A stretch of 64,000 nucleotides of DNA from Elusimicrobiota bacterium (GCA_041917295.1 JAYRXX010000073.1:15244-79243), one strand, 5' to 3'; positions 19,901 to 28,389 are shown, counted from the first letter of the stretch. Notes: generated by a model not told the origin, from the letters alone. Made by a program: numbers and translations.

Positions 19901-20883
19901 CAAATATTTCCCGCCAAATCTTCGTGAGTCATGTCCACGCCCGTATCCAACACCGCCACCACCACCCCTTCCCCTTTCGGAGAATTATCCCATGCCGCTT
20001 CGGCATTGATGCGATTCAGACCCCAGAGATTACCGGTCACATACGCCGGGTCATTTACAACCGCGGTCTTGCAAACATGGTTTAACTCCACGCTCTCCAC
20101 GTTGGGGTCCCTGCGCAAAAATTCCATGACGTCTTGGACATCTCGGCTTGGGTCAAAGGCCACAACATGGGTGCGCTCAAGCCTGTTAAGGCTTTGCGCG
20201 GCCAGTTCAGCTCCGCCCGGCGGAACTCGGGAGATTCTCCCCTTTGAAACATCTGCACTCGCCGCCTTGGCACCCGACGAATGCTGGATCAACGGCTCAA
20301 CCGACTGCACGGACAACGACGATATATCCCCGCCAAATTTGGCCAGTCCTACCGACGCGCTGGACGCTTTTCCTTCACCTGTCTCCGCCTTGAATCGGAC
20401 AAGAATTTCACCCGGAGCGTAAGGAAGATCGGCCGTGACCGTTAATTTAAAAACGGCACTCGCCCGCTGCCCACCCCCGTCGACCACCACCACCGTCACA
20501 TTTGCGCTCCCCTCCTTGTCCGCTGACGGTCGAATCGTGATCCTCCGTCGGGAGCCCTCACCGCTCACCTCAATTTGGGCGTCCGGCAACACGTCCGGCT
20601 GGTCACTTGTGGCCGCGACTTTCAGAGATTCGGGCGGGGTTTCTGTGTCATGTACCAGAAATGTGGCGGTCGCAACACCTGCGACAGCGATTGTGCGATC
20701 CACTATTTTTGAAATCGTGGGAAGTTCATTTTCTTTCTGGGGGGTTTCCTCTTGCTTCGATCCCTCAACCGCTCTCTTGGACGCCCGCAATATCCCCAGA
20801 TCCCAATCGCCCATTGTTTGGCCCGCCAACAAACACAAGCACATCGTTATGGCTATTGATTCTTTCAAGGCTTTATTAAACAT
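16969..20883 (-). CDS. Secreted subtilisin-like serine protease (peptidase S8) with a signal peptide and a C-terminal array of about 8-9 fibronectin type III-like repeats
   Basis: Signal peptide MFNKALKESIAITMCLCLLAG. Catalytic triad D (VAVLDTGVD), H (HGTHVAGTIAA), N (AAAGNSN), S (GTSMACPHVVG). Repeated 90-100 aa units of the form P..P..L....W..S.DN.GV.GY.LDVS....F..VPGY.......GL.P.T.YY.R.RA.D..GN.S. Confidence 0.88.
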   Translation of the reverse strand: MFNKALKESIAITMCLCLLAGQTMGDWDLGILRASKRAVEGSKQEETPQKENELPTISKIVDRTIAVAGVATATFLVHDTETPPESLKVAATSDQPDVLPDAQIEVSGEGSRRRITIRPSADKEGSANVTVVVVDGGGQRASAVFKLTVTADLPYAPGEILVRFKAETGEGKASSASVGLAKFGGDISSLSVQSVEPLIQHSSGAKAASADVSKGRISRVPPGGAELAAQSLNRLERTHVVAFDPSRDVQDVMEFLRRDPNVESVELNHVCKTAVVNDPAYVTGNLWGLNRINAEAAWDNSPKGEGVVVAVLDTGVDMTHEDLAGNIWVATRETPGNGIDDDGNGYVDDVNGWDFVNNDNYPMDDHHHGTHVAGTIAAIGNNGKGVIGVAPKAKIMALKFLDDIGNGNNTNAAKGLVYATDNGADIINNSWVAEQRCDSTTQGEITVLKDAINYAHNRGVLVVAAAGNSNRDVADFSPAGCPNVIAVSATDSLNAKASFSNYGNKIDVAAPGVDIWSSVPGGYGHLQGTSMACPHVVGVAALVLSKYPTFDNNQIVRQILGKSTDIGSTGFDSNFGYGLVNAMNSLNIDTPDNEAPTEPTNLTLTVLSNKGMELRWSRSTDNQSVRGYIVDRSTNSRFNPMVSIDVGAEDKIRFTHLKPGTEYFARVSAYDFFGNRSVPSEVKSAVTLLLPPTLPTIDIYQLTSQGRTTDFWGYFSLNSTFTRYDYDISVDPNFQILIDKQKSKLTIGTYSGEIHAENLEPNRTYHLRVRGEEIDGNFSDYSYNYVSTSNDMQAPTNPPNIYWTPRSATSAVLQWSPSTDNVGVDSYLITFSTIADTGQNQFNIGNVTQYIFNNLPVNKTCYVRIYARDLAGNKSDYVQTNHFFKGLLDVQAPAAPGDVNVHYRKWDSLFVSWYEPFDNRRVTGYLLDVALDSGFVNLVPGYNARPLGLDANQTTMVTGLRPSTKYHLRVRARDAAGNTSPNSSVASAVTRPTASVPSAPTGLSLLPAYRGLVLQWNESDDDYGQTVYYLDVSVSPQFTSFVPGYQNLAMGVAPLRRTITGLQPGTRYYVRMRAGDGDGNTSAHSVPVNAVVDNSSGDTQAPGVPGNVQILRVEPTAFYFQWDPSTDNVGVADYQFDLSTDPLFATRLLGMDQQYLKKEDRLGYRITGLNPSRNYYLRLRAKDAAGNMSANSQPVTITTRPSAEAPSAPSGLSAVTDVKGMIKLVWSASNDNRGVTGYFLDVSESQTFASYANGYQNLEVASSPTLKYIGGLRPGVRYYIRLRAGDGEGNRSAPSGTVNALAGL

Positions 20884-20915
20884 ACACCCTCCATTTTTCC
20901 ATTAATGTGTGACGG

Positions 20916-21419
20916 TTATTTCCCTTTCCCTTGAGTCTTTTTTCCAAAGTAATAGTTCAACGAAACATTAAGGACGTTCTGGTAATCCCATTCTTCTTTA
21001 TGTCCGTTTTCCTCTTTCACCCGCAATCCCGCCGGTCCCATGTCCACTTGAAAAGTCAACCGTTTTCCCAAACGAACCTCACCTCCCACAAACAGAAGCA
21101 AGGCCACCCCGCGTTGGCCCTCTCCACGATAAGGGGAGAGAACACTCATCTCCATTCCCCCCAATGGCCGAACCTTCCAACCCGGCTTTTCCATCAAGTA
21201 AGTCCCCCGCCCACTGAAGGCCAACCCATCCCCCAATAAAACCCGCCCTTCCCCGCTAATCCTGGGCGACACCGCATAACGCAAACCCGCGCCCCCGTAT
21301 GTTCCTAACACTGCCCATCGATGGTTTGGAAATTCAGCCCAACTATTCACACCTGCAAACCCAAGCATCAACGCGATTGCCCATTTTAAAAGCATCACCC
21401 GTTGTATTCTATTTTCCAT
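20916..21419 (-). CDS. Small outer-membrane beta-barrel protein (OmpW/OMP_b-brl-like) with a signal peptide
   Basis: N-terminal signal MLLKWAIALMLGFAGVNSWA. Alternating amphipathic beta-strand pattern, 167 aa. Confidence 0.55.
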   Translation of the reverse strand: MENRIQRVMLLKWAIALMLGFAGVNSWAEFPNHRWAVLGTYGGAGLRYAVSPRISGEGRVLLGDGLAFSGRGTYLMEKPGWKVRPLGGMEMSVLSPYRGEGQRGVALLLFVGGEVRLGKRLTFQVDMGPAGLRVKEENGHKEEWDYQNVLNVSLNYYFGKKTQGKGK

Positions 21420-21547
21420 CGTTTCCCTCCGGAAAACTCAGATCAGGCTGCACCATAATTAAACAAGAACCTTCTTAAGTTTCACTTAAGAACTTGCAAA
21501 CAAATTGCAAAATGTTGTGAATTTCCAGTAAACAATCACCAATTCCC

Positions 21548-21660
21548 CAATTGGGGGACGGAGTATAATTATTCACTAGAATTGCAACTTGGCAAGCGTC
21601 ATATCTCTATTCCCATCTTGTATCCCATTCTAGTGAATAAATATACTCCGTCCCCCTAGG
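21548..21660. mobile_element. MITE-like element: about 113 bp with roughly 30-bp terminal inverted repeats (29/30 match) ending in a CCCC(N)TAGGGGG palindrome
   Basis: Left arm gggggacggagtataattattcactagaat. The right arm attctagtgaataaatatactccgtccccc is its reverse complement with one mismatch. A third copy of the arm is at 49137-49170. Confidence 0.6.
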
Positions 21661-22153
21661 GGGTTAATGCTTGGAGGGCGTCGGAGCGGAGGCGGGCCAT
21701 GCTGCGGCTTACGTCGCCGAAGGCTCGGAGGGACCCTTCTTCAAAAAGTAGTCGGGATACCTCTTTATATTTCCATGCTGGTTGGAAACCTCGGGGTAAT
21801 AGGAGTGGCCAGAGAAACGATCGGCCAATAACGATCTCGCCGCTCCAGGGAATAACAGCGTTAATGTTGGAGTACAAATACCCTATGCAACCGCCCGTTT
21901 CCTCTTCCTTTATTGGAACTCCCGGGATGAGTCCCGACAGGCCAGATTGTTTAGTCCAATAGCGAAGATCCTTTAAGTAGAGAACACTCTCTTTGACCTC
22001 GTATGTCAAAATTGTCCCTCGCAAACACGCCCCATGGGGAGAGGCCGGCTTTAATCCCCACGAAATAGGATTAAAAAGCTTCGGTGGAAAGGAAGTGATG
22101 ACGTCGTATTCTTTGCCTTGAAACACCATCCTATCCGGCAGTTGCGCGCTCAT
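21656..22153 (-). CDS. Hypothetical protein (no recognisable family) in a low-GC island
   Basis: 165-aa ORF with no signal peptide, about 45% GC. Its stop overlaps the right TIR of the MITE-like element. Confidence 0.4.
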   Translation of the reverse strand: MSAQLPDRMVFQGKEYDVITSFPPKLFNPISWGLKPASPHGACLRGTILTYEVKESVLYLKDLRYWTKQSGLSGLIPGVPIKEEETGGCIGYLYSNINAVIPWSGEIVIGRSFLWPLLLPRGFQPAWKYKEVSRLLFEEGSLRAFGDVSRSMARLRSDALQALTP

Positions 22154-22277
22154 ATGACCTCCATCGATACTCCCCGTTTCTGTTCACCCCCCCTCCTGGC
22201 GACAAATTGGCCAGTCTTTTTAAATCATTGTATATCAATGCATTTAAAATAAATATCAGGGGGTCTTCCTGAACAAG

Positions 22278-23138
22278 TTGGAAATTGGTAGATTCTACAC
22301 CGTGAGAAAAGTCATCTCTTTCTTTTTATTGATTGGTTTCAGCTTAACGTTGGCGGCGTCCGAGGCTGTGACCATCAAGGGCTCGGACACCATGGTGATT
22401 TTAAACCAGCGGTGGGCGGAAAAATACATGTCCGATCGACCGGAAACGGTGATTCAAGTGACGGGCGGCGGGTCGGGCACAGGGATTGCCGCTCTGTTGG
22501 CCGGGGCCACGGACATCTGCGCTTCGTCCCGGCCAATGAAAGAAAAAGAACGCTTGGCCCTTCAGGCAAAAACGGGACGGACCCCGGTGGAAATCGCCGT
22601 AGCCAAAGACGGCATTGCCATCTATTTTAACGAAGGCAATCCACTCACCGAACTCTCCCTGGAACATGTGGCTTTGATTTATCGAGGAAAAATCACCAAC
22701 TGGCGCGACTTGGGCGGCCCAGACCAAAAAATCATTCTCTATTCCCGGGAAAACAATTCTGGCACCTACGAATTTTTCAAAGAGCACGTGTTGAAGAAAA
22801 AAGATTTCACCCCGTTCGCTCAGTGTCTTCCCGGCACGGCGTCGGTGGCCAACGCCGTGGCCCGGGACAAACGCGGCATCGGCTACGGCGGCGCGGCTTA
22901 CGCGAAAGGAATTCGCTTTTGCGCCATCAAACCCGACGCAACCACCCCGGGCATTTTGCCCAACGAAACCCATATCCTCGATGGCTCCTATCCGGTCAGC
23001 CGGAACCTCTTTTTTTATCTGCGCGACGAGCCCGCGGGCGCCATTAAAAAATTCCTTGATTTCGTGTTGAGCCCCGAGGGCCAGGCCATCGTGGCCAAGG
23101 TCGGCTATTACCCCATCGCGTCAGCGAAACAGCCATGA
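22278..23138 (+). CDS. pstS: Phosphate ABC transporter substrate-binding protein PstS family. The start may be GTG at 22302.
   Basis: Signal peptide VISFFLLIGFSLTLAASEA. ITVKGSDTM and GGGSGTG motifs of the PstS/PBP fold. Confidence 0.85.
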   Translation: MEIGRFYTVRKVISFFLLIGFSLTLAASEAVTIKGSDTMVILNQRWAEKYMSDRPETVIQVTGGGSGTGIAALLAGATDICASSRPMKEKERLALQAKTGRTPVEIAVAKDGIAIYFNEGNPLTELSLEHVALIYRGKITNWRDLGGPDQKIILYSRENNSGTYEFFKEHVLKKKDFTPFAQCLPGTASVANAVARDKRGIGYGGAAYAKGIRFCAIKPDATTPGILPNETHILDGSYPVSRNLFFYLRDEPAGAIKKFLDFVLSPEGQAIVAKVGYYPIASAKQP

Positions 23139-24073
23139 ACCGCCCCCCCCTCGTTGAACGCATCATTGAAAACGCCATCCGTGTCAGCGCGGGCGTGGCC
23201 ATCGTCGGCTTGATCCTGATTTTTGTGTTTATCGGAAAAGAGGCCCTGCCCCTGTTCACGTCGGCGGAAGCGCGACAGGAGGCAAGCCTGTCAAAACTGT
23301 TCATCGCCCAGGTTCCGGAAGAGGGCGAACCCCCGTCCCACATGTGGCAACCGGTGTCGGAATTGCCGAAATATTCCTTGTGGCCTCTCATCATCGGCAC
23401 GCTGAAAGTGACCGTGGTGGCGTTGGTGTTTGCGTTTCCTTTGGCGCTGGGGGCGGCGCTGTTCACCTCCGAATTCGCCCCGCCCTGGCTAAGGGAAATC
23501 GTCAAACCCGTCATTGAAATGCTGGCAGGGATTCCGTCGGTGGTGTTGGGGTTTTTCGCTCTGATTGTGATGGCCTCCACCATCCAAGATTTGTTTGGGC
23601 TGGACTACCGGCTCAACACCGTCAACGCGGGCATCGCGTTGGGCCTGGCGGTGATTCCCATTGTCTTTACCGTGGCCGAAGACGCGCTCACCGCCGTCCC
23701 GCAAAGCTACCGACATGGGTCCATCGCTTTGGGCGCCACGCCGTGGCAAACGGCTCGGCGGGTGGTATTGCCGGCGGCGTTTCCGGGCCTGTTTGCCGCG
23801 GGGATCTTAGGGTTCGGCCGGGCCATTGGGGAAACCATGATCGTGTTGATGGCTTCGGGCAACCAAGCTATTCCTTCCTGGAATTTGGGTTATGGGTTCC
23901 GGAGCCTGTCGGCCACGGTGGCTTCCGAACTGGGCGAAGTAGTACGGGGAAGCCCCCACTACCACGTGCTGTTTTTTATCGGTGTCCTTCTTTTTGTTTT
24001 CACGTTTTTAATCAACCTGCTTGGCCAAATGTGGGTGGGCCGCATGAACCGCAAGCTCACGGGGCAACGATGA
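23135..24073 (+). CDS. pstC: Phosphate ABC transporter permease PstC
   Basis: 6-TM permease with the EAA-like loop ALGATPWQTARRVVLP. Overlaps pstS by 4 nt. Confidence 0.88.
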   Translation: MNRPPLVERIIENAIRVSAGVAIVGLILIFVFIGKEALPLFTSAEARQEASLSKLFIAQVPEEGEPPSHMWQPVSELPKYSLWPLIIGTLKVTVVALVFAFPLALGAALFTSEFAPPWLREIVKPVIEMLAGIPSVVLGFFALIVMASTIQDLFGLDYRLNTVNAGIALGLAVIPIVFTVAEDALTAVPQSYRHGSIALGATPWQTARRVVLPAAFPGLFAAGILGFGRAIGETMIVLMASGNQAIPSWNLGYGFRSLSATVASELGEVVRGSPHYHVLFFIGVLLFVFTFLINLLGQMWVGRMNRKLTGQR

Positions 24074-24978
24074 AACGGCGTTGGATCAATTTTACCAGCG
24101 TATTTTTTACGGCGGTCACCGGCTTGGCTTGCCTTCTATTAACAGCGATGGTGGCGCTTATTTTGGGCAACATTGTCCGACACGGGATCGGCCACATCTC
24201 CTGGGCTTTCCTCAGCCAAGCGCCCCACAGCGGCATGACGGAAGGCGGGATATTCCCCGCAATATTCGGCACCGCTGTTCTGGTCCTTCTCATGACCGTG
24301 GCGGTGGTCCCCCTTGGCGTCTCCACCGCCATCTACCTGCAAGAATACGCGCCCAAAAATTCCCGCTGGGTCCACGTGGTTCGGCTGGCCATACAAAATT
24401 TAGCGGGGGTGCCCGCGATCGTGTTCGGGCTGTTCGGGTTAGGATTTTTTATCCAATTTGTGGGCCAGGGCCTGGACACGTTTTTCTTTAACGGAAAACT
24501 CTATTTCGGTCAGCCGGCCATCCTGTGGGCGGCCTTGACGTTGGCGTTGCTTACCCTTCCGACAGTGGTGGTCTCAACGGAAGAAGCCCTGCGCGTCGTT
24601 CCCCCCAGCCACCGGGAAGTGGCCTATTCTTTGGGGGCCACACGCTGGCAAATGGTTCGCCATGTGTTGCTTCCTCAAGCCGTGGGCGGTATTTTGACCG
24701 GAACCATTTTGGCGGTCAGCCGCGGCGCGGGCGAAGTGGCGCCCATATTATTCACGGGCGCGGCGTATTACCTTCCCTATCTCCCCACGCGGCTCAACCA
24801 CCAGTTTATGGAATTGGGCTACCACGTCTACGTGATGGCCACCCAAAGCCCCGACGTGGACGCCACGTTGCCGATCTTGTATGCCACGGTGTTGGTGCTG
24901 TTGGTTTTGACGTTCGGACTAAACTTTACGGCCATCATCATCCGATCCAAAATCCGTAGGCGGTTGCGCGGACGATGA
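24070..24978 (+). CDS. pstA: Phosphate ABC transporter permease PstA
   Basis: YSLGATRWQMVRHVLLP EAA motif. ATGA overlap with pstC. The ORF-track entry 23743.. is over-extended. Confidence 0.88.
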   Translation: MKRRWINFTSVFFTAVTGLACLLLTAMVALILGNIVRHGIGHISWAFLSQAPHSGMTEGGIFPAIFGTAVLVLLMTVAVVPLGVSTAIYLQEYAPKNSRWVHVVRLAIQNLAGVPAIVFGLFGLGFFIQFVGQGLDTFFFNGKLYFGQPAILWAALTLALLTLPTVVVSTEEALRVVPPSHREVAYSLGATRWQMVRHVLLPQAVGGILTGTILAVSRGAGEVAPILFTGAAYYLPYLPTRLNHQFMELGYHVYVMATQSPDVDATLPILYATVLVLLVLTFGLNFTAIIIRSKIRRRLRGR

Positions 24979-25745
24979 GCCTCAGCACCCCCGCCCTGGA
25001 AGAAAAAATCCGCGCTCGGGACATCACGGTGCGCGCGGGGCCCAAAAAACTGTTGGATGAAATCTGCCTTTCTTTGGTGCACAACGAAATTTTGGCCGTC
25101 ATTGGGCCGGCGGGAAGCGGGAAAACCACTTTCCTGCGGTGCCTGAATCGGCTCACGGATTTGGAAGACGGGTTAACGGTGTCGGGGGAACTTTTCCTCG
25201 ACGCCGACGACATTTTAAGCCCGAAAACCGACGTGGCCGCCCTGCGCCGTCGTGTAAGCATGGTGTTCGCCACACCGACGCCGCTTCCCATGTCCATCGC
25301 CGACAACCTCAAACTTGGCCTGCGGTTTCAGGGCCATCCCGCCGATGGGGACCTCCGGATCGAAGAAAGCTTGCGGGCCGCGTTTTTGTGGGACGAGGTG
25401 AAAGACCGATTGGGCCTGTCCGCCCTGGCGTTGTCGGGGGGCCAACAACAGCGGCTTTGCCTGGCGCGCAGTCTCATGCTTCGTCCTGAAGTGCTTTTGC
25501 TTGATGAGCCCTGCTCCGGCCTCGATCCCATATCCACGGCGAAAATCGAGGAGGCTTTGCAAGGCCTTAAAAAAAGCATGTCCATCGTTTTGGTCACCAA
25601 CAACGTAAAACAAGCCTCGCGCACGTCGGACCGGACCGCGTTTCTTCTGATGGGGCGCTTGGTGGAACTGGCCGAAACGGGTCAGCTGTTCACCAGCCCC
25701 CGGGAACAAAAAACCGCCGACTATGTGTCCGGCCGGTTCGGCTGA
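24975..25745 (+). CDS. pstB1: Phosphate import ATP-binding protein PstB paralog 1, with degenerate Q-loop and H-loop
   Basis: Walker A GPAGSGKT, canonical LSGGQQQRL signature, Walker B LLLDEPC. The Q-loop Gln is Ala (MVFATP) and the switch His is Asn (VTNNVKQA). Confidence 0.85.
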   Translation: MSLSTPALEEKIRARDITVRAGPKKLLDEICLSLVHNEILAVIGPAGSGKTTFLRCLNRLTDLEDGLTVSGELFLDADDILSPKTDVAALRRRVSMVFATPTPLPMSIADNLKLGLRFQGHPADGDLRIEESLRAAFLWDEVKDRLGLSALALSGGQQQRLCLARSLMLRPEVLLLDEPCSGLDPISTAKIEEALQGLKKSMSIVLVTNNVKQASRTSDRTAFLLMGRLVELAETGQLFTSPREQKTADYVSGRFG

Positions 25746-25753
25746 TCGATATT

Positions 25754-26521
25754 ATGCCCCTGCCGCCACCCACTTCGCCGATCATTGAAACCCGAGGGCT
25801 GAACCTGTACTACGGGGATTTTCAAGCGCTCAAAAACATTGGCCTGGCTGTTCCGGCCAAAACCATCACGGCGTTTATCGGCCCTTCCGGGTGCGGCAAA
25901 TCCACGTTTCTGCGCACGCTCAACCGCATGAACGACCTCATCCGCGGCGTGCGGGTGGAAGGGGAAGCCCGCTTCGACGGCATCGACATTCTCTCTCCCA
26001 AAACCGATTTAATCAACCTTCGCAAACGGGTGGGGATGGTGTTTCAACGGCCCAACCCGTTCCCCATCTCCGTGTTTGAAAATGTGGCGTACGGCCCGCG
26101 GGTTCACCACATGAACGGGGCGCTGAAAGAGGTGGTGGAACACTCCCTGCGCGCCACCGGTTTATGGGACGAAGTTAAGGACAAGTTGGATCTTCCGGCC
26201 CTGGCCTTGTCGCCCGAACAACAACAACGGTTGTGCATCTCCCGGTTGTTGGCGGTGGAGCCCGACGTGTTGCTTATGGATGAACCCTGTTCCGCCCTGG
26301 ACCCCATCGCAACCCAACGGATCGAAGAAATGATTTTGGATTTGAAAAAGCGATACACCATTGTCATCGTCACCCACAACATGCAACAAGCCGCCCGGGT
26401 TTCGGAAATGACCGCCTACTTTTTGTTGGGAGAACTCGTGGAATTCGGCCCCACCGGCCGGGTTTTCACCAGCCCCCAAGACGCACGCACCGAACAATAT
26501 ATCACAGGCCGATTCGGTTAA
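25754..26521 (+). CDS. pstB2: Phosphate import ATP-binding protein PstB paralog 2, with a degenerate ABC signature
   Basis: Canonical Walker [11 protein letters not shown]-loop MVFQRP and H-loop [12 protein letters not shown]. The signature is LSPEQQQRL instead of LSGGQ. Confidence 0.88.
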   Translation: MPLPPPTSPIIETRGLNLYYGDFQALKNIGLAVPAKTITAFIGPSGCGKSTFLRTLNRMNDLIRGVRVEGEARFDGIDILSPKTDLINLRKRVGMVFQRPNPFPISVFENVAYGPRVHHMNGALKEVVEHSLRATGLWDEVKDKLDLPALALSPEQQQRLCISRLLAVEPDVLLMDEPCSALDPIATQRIEEMILDLKKRYTIVIVTHNMQQAARVSEMTAYFLLGELVEFGPTGRVFTSPQDARTEQYITGRFG

Positions 26522-26525
26522 TAAG

Positions 26526-26684
26526 GAGCCCGAGCAATTAATCCGATTCGGCTGCAATTTTGGCTGCTGGCCTGCGTCTTTGCCGAAAATGTCCTCCGTA
26601 TTTTCAAAATACGACGTCCATTTTCGGCTTCGACTCGGCTCAGCATCCAAAATTTCGCTCGAAAGCATTAATTGCTCGGGCTCC
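26526..26684. repeat. About 160-nt long imperfect palindrome (concentric inverted repeats centred near 26605) between pstB2 and phoU
   Basis: Perfect outer 18-bp IR ggagcccgagcaattaat / attaattgctcgggctcc. Inner 10-bp IR gccgaaaatg / cattttcggc. Central cgtattttcaaaatacg. All share one centre. Confidence 0.7.
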
Positions 26685-26696
26685 TGGGAGGAACAC

Positions 26697-27368
26697 ATGG
26701 AACGCCACTTCGATGAGGATTTACGGCAACTCAAAGAGCGCCTTCTGCGTATGGGCGCGATCGCGGAAGAAATGATCCAAAAGTCCGTCAAGGCCTTGCA
26801 CGAACGCCGTGACGCGTTCACGGCCGAGGTGTTTGACCTGGAAACCCAAGTCAACCAAATGCATATCGAAATCGACGACCGGTGCCTTAAATTGATCGCG
26901 CTCCATCAGCCCATGGCCGTGGACTTGAGATTGATCGCCGCCGCCATGAAAATCAACACCGATTTGGAACGCATCGCCGACCAATCCGTCAACGTGAGCC
27001 AAACCTGCCACTACCATCTGTTAAAAGAAACACCGGTCCCGGAAGTGGCTCTGCTGACCCGGATGTCCGAAATCAGCCAAAAAATGCTTCGGGACAGCTT
27101 GGACGCGTTTGCCCGCCAGGATGTGGAGTTGGCCAAAAATGTGTTGGCCCAAGACGAAGAAGAAGACCAGCTCAAAGCCCGGGCTCTCACACAATTAATT
27201 GAACGTCTTAAGAAAGACCCCGAACGATCGTCTCAATACGTGGACTTGATTCTTCTCTCGCGCAACATGGAACGCATCGGCGACCACGCCACCAACATCG
27301 CCGAAGACGTCATCTTCATGGTTCAAGGCAAAGACATCCGCCACCACGGCGGCGATTCCATTAAATAA
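26697..27368 (+). CDS. phoU: Phosphate-specific transport system accessory protein PhoU
   Basis: Two PhoU repeats (...DLERIADQ... and ...NMERIGDHATNIAE...). GGAGG SD upstream of the ATG at 26697. Confidence 0.9.
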   Translation: MERHFDEDLRQLKERLLRMGAIAEEMIQKSVKALHERRDAFTAEVFDLETQVNQMHIEIDDRCLKLIALHQPMAVDLRLIAAAMKINTDLERIADQSVNVSQTCHYHLLKETPVPEVALLTRMSEISQKMLRDSLDAFARQDVELAKNVLAQDEEEDQLKARALTQLIERLKKDPERSSQYVDLILLSRNMERIGDHATNIAEDVIFMVQGKDIRHHGGDSIK

Positions 27369-28389
27369 GTTTCGCCGTCAAGGCGGAAACGGCCATCGAT
27401 CGGACCGCGGAGCGGTGGAGCCATTTTGACTTCGGGACGGGTCGAACAAGGCGGCCCTCCCACAGGGTCACACGCACGTCCCGGTGGGACAAAACGTGGC
27501 GAACTTTCGCTTTTCTCTGAACCGGAATAATTTCCCCCCCATCCACGCAAACACCTTTATTCTGCTGAATCGGACCTTCCACGTTAGGCAGTTCCCATAA
27601 ACCGCTCCACAACCCACCCAACGGACGGCGCCGCAAAAGAATTTGATCTCCTTTTTCGACGATAAACGCGGTGAGTCGAACCACCGGTTTTGGGGAATCG
27701 GGTTTGGGCGCGGGCAACCGATCCACCCACCCGTTTCGGCGGGCCCAACACACGGAAGCAAGCGGGCAACACGGACATTCCGGCAGTCCCGGCGTGCACA
27801 CCGTGGCGCCGAAATCCATGAGACCGGAATTGTAATGGCGCCCTCCCTTGGGAGGGACCAAAACCCGAGCCAAGTCCCAAAAGCCCTGGCGGATCTCGTT
27901 GCGTTGGGGGTCCCCTTTCACCCCAAACACCCGGGACAAAACCCGGATCACGTTGCCGTCGACCAGCGCTTCCGGTAAATCGTGGGCAAACGACAACAGG
28001 GCTCCCGCTGTGTAAGGTCCGACCCCGGGCAACGATTCGGCCTTCGCACGGGTTTTGGGCAAGCTGGCGCCGTGGTGGTTGACAAGGACCTGGGCGGTCC
28101 GGTGCAAATTGCGTGCCCGGGCGTAATAGCCCAGCCCCGCCCATCGCTCAAGCACTTTTTCCAGAGGAGCCCGAGCCAACTTTTTCACTGAGGGAAAAGA
28201 CGCCAGGAACCGATGGAAATAGGGGATCACCGTGGCCACGGTGGTTTGTTGGAGCATAAATTCCGAAACCAAAACACGGTAAGGATCAAACGATCCCCGC
28301 CAGGGAAGATCATGACGGCCGTGGCGCTTGTACCAACGGTCCAGGCGGCGGCGGAAAACCAGTTTTCGAGGCGTTGAAATAAATGGCAT
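27361..28389 (-). CDS. mutY: A/G-specific adenine DNA glycosylase MutY
   Basis: HhH-GPD domain, [4Fe-4S] motif C..C.PL...C, and a C-terminal NUDIX-like domain. Convergent 8-nt overlap with phoU. Confidence 0.88.
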   Translation of the reverse strand: MPFISTPRKLVFRRRLDRWYKRHGRHDLPWRGSFDPYRVLVSEFMLQQTTVATVIPYFHRFLASFPSVKKLARAPLEKVLERWAGLGYYARARNLHRTAQVLVNHHGASLPKTRAKAESLPGVGPYTAGALLSFAHDLPEALVDGNVIRVLSRVFGVKGDPQRNEIRQGFWDLARVLVPPKGGRHYNSGLMDFGATVCTPGLPECPCCPLASVCWARRNGWVDRLPAPKPDSPKPVVRLTAFIVEKGDQILLRRRPLGGLWSGLWELPNVEGPIQQNKGVCVDGGEIIPVQRKAKVRHVLSHRDVRVTLWEGRLVRPVPKSKWLHRSAVRSMAVSALTAKLI

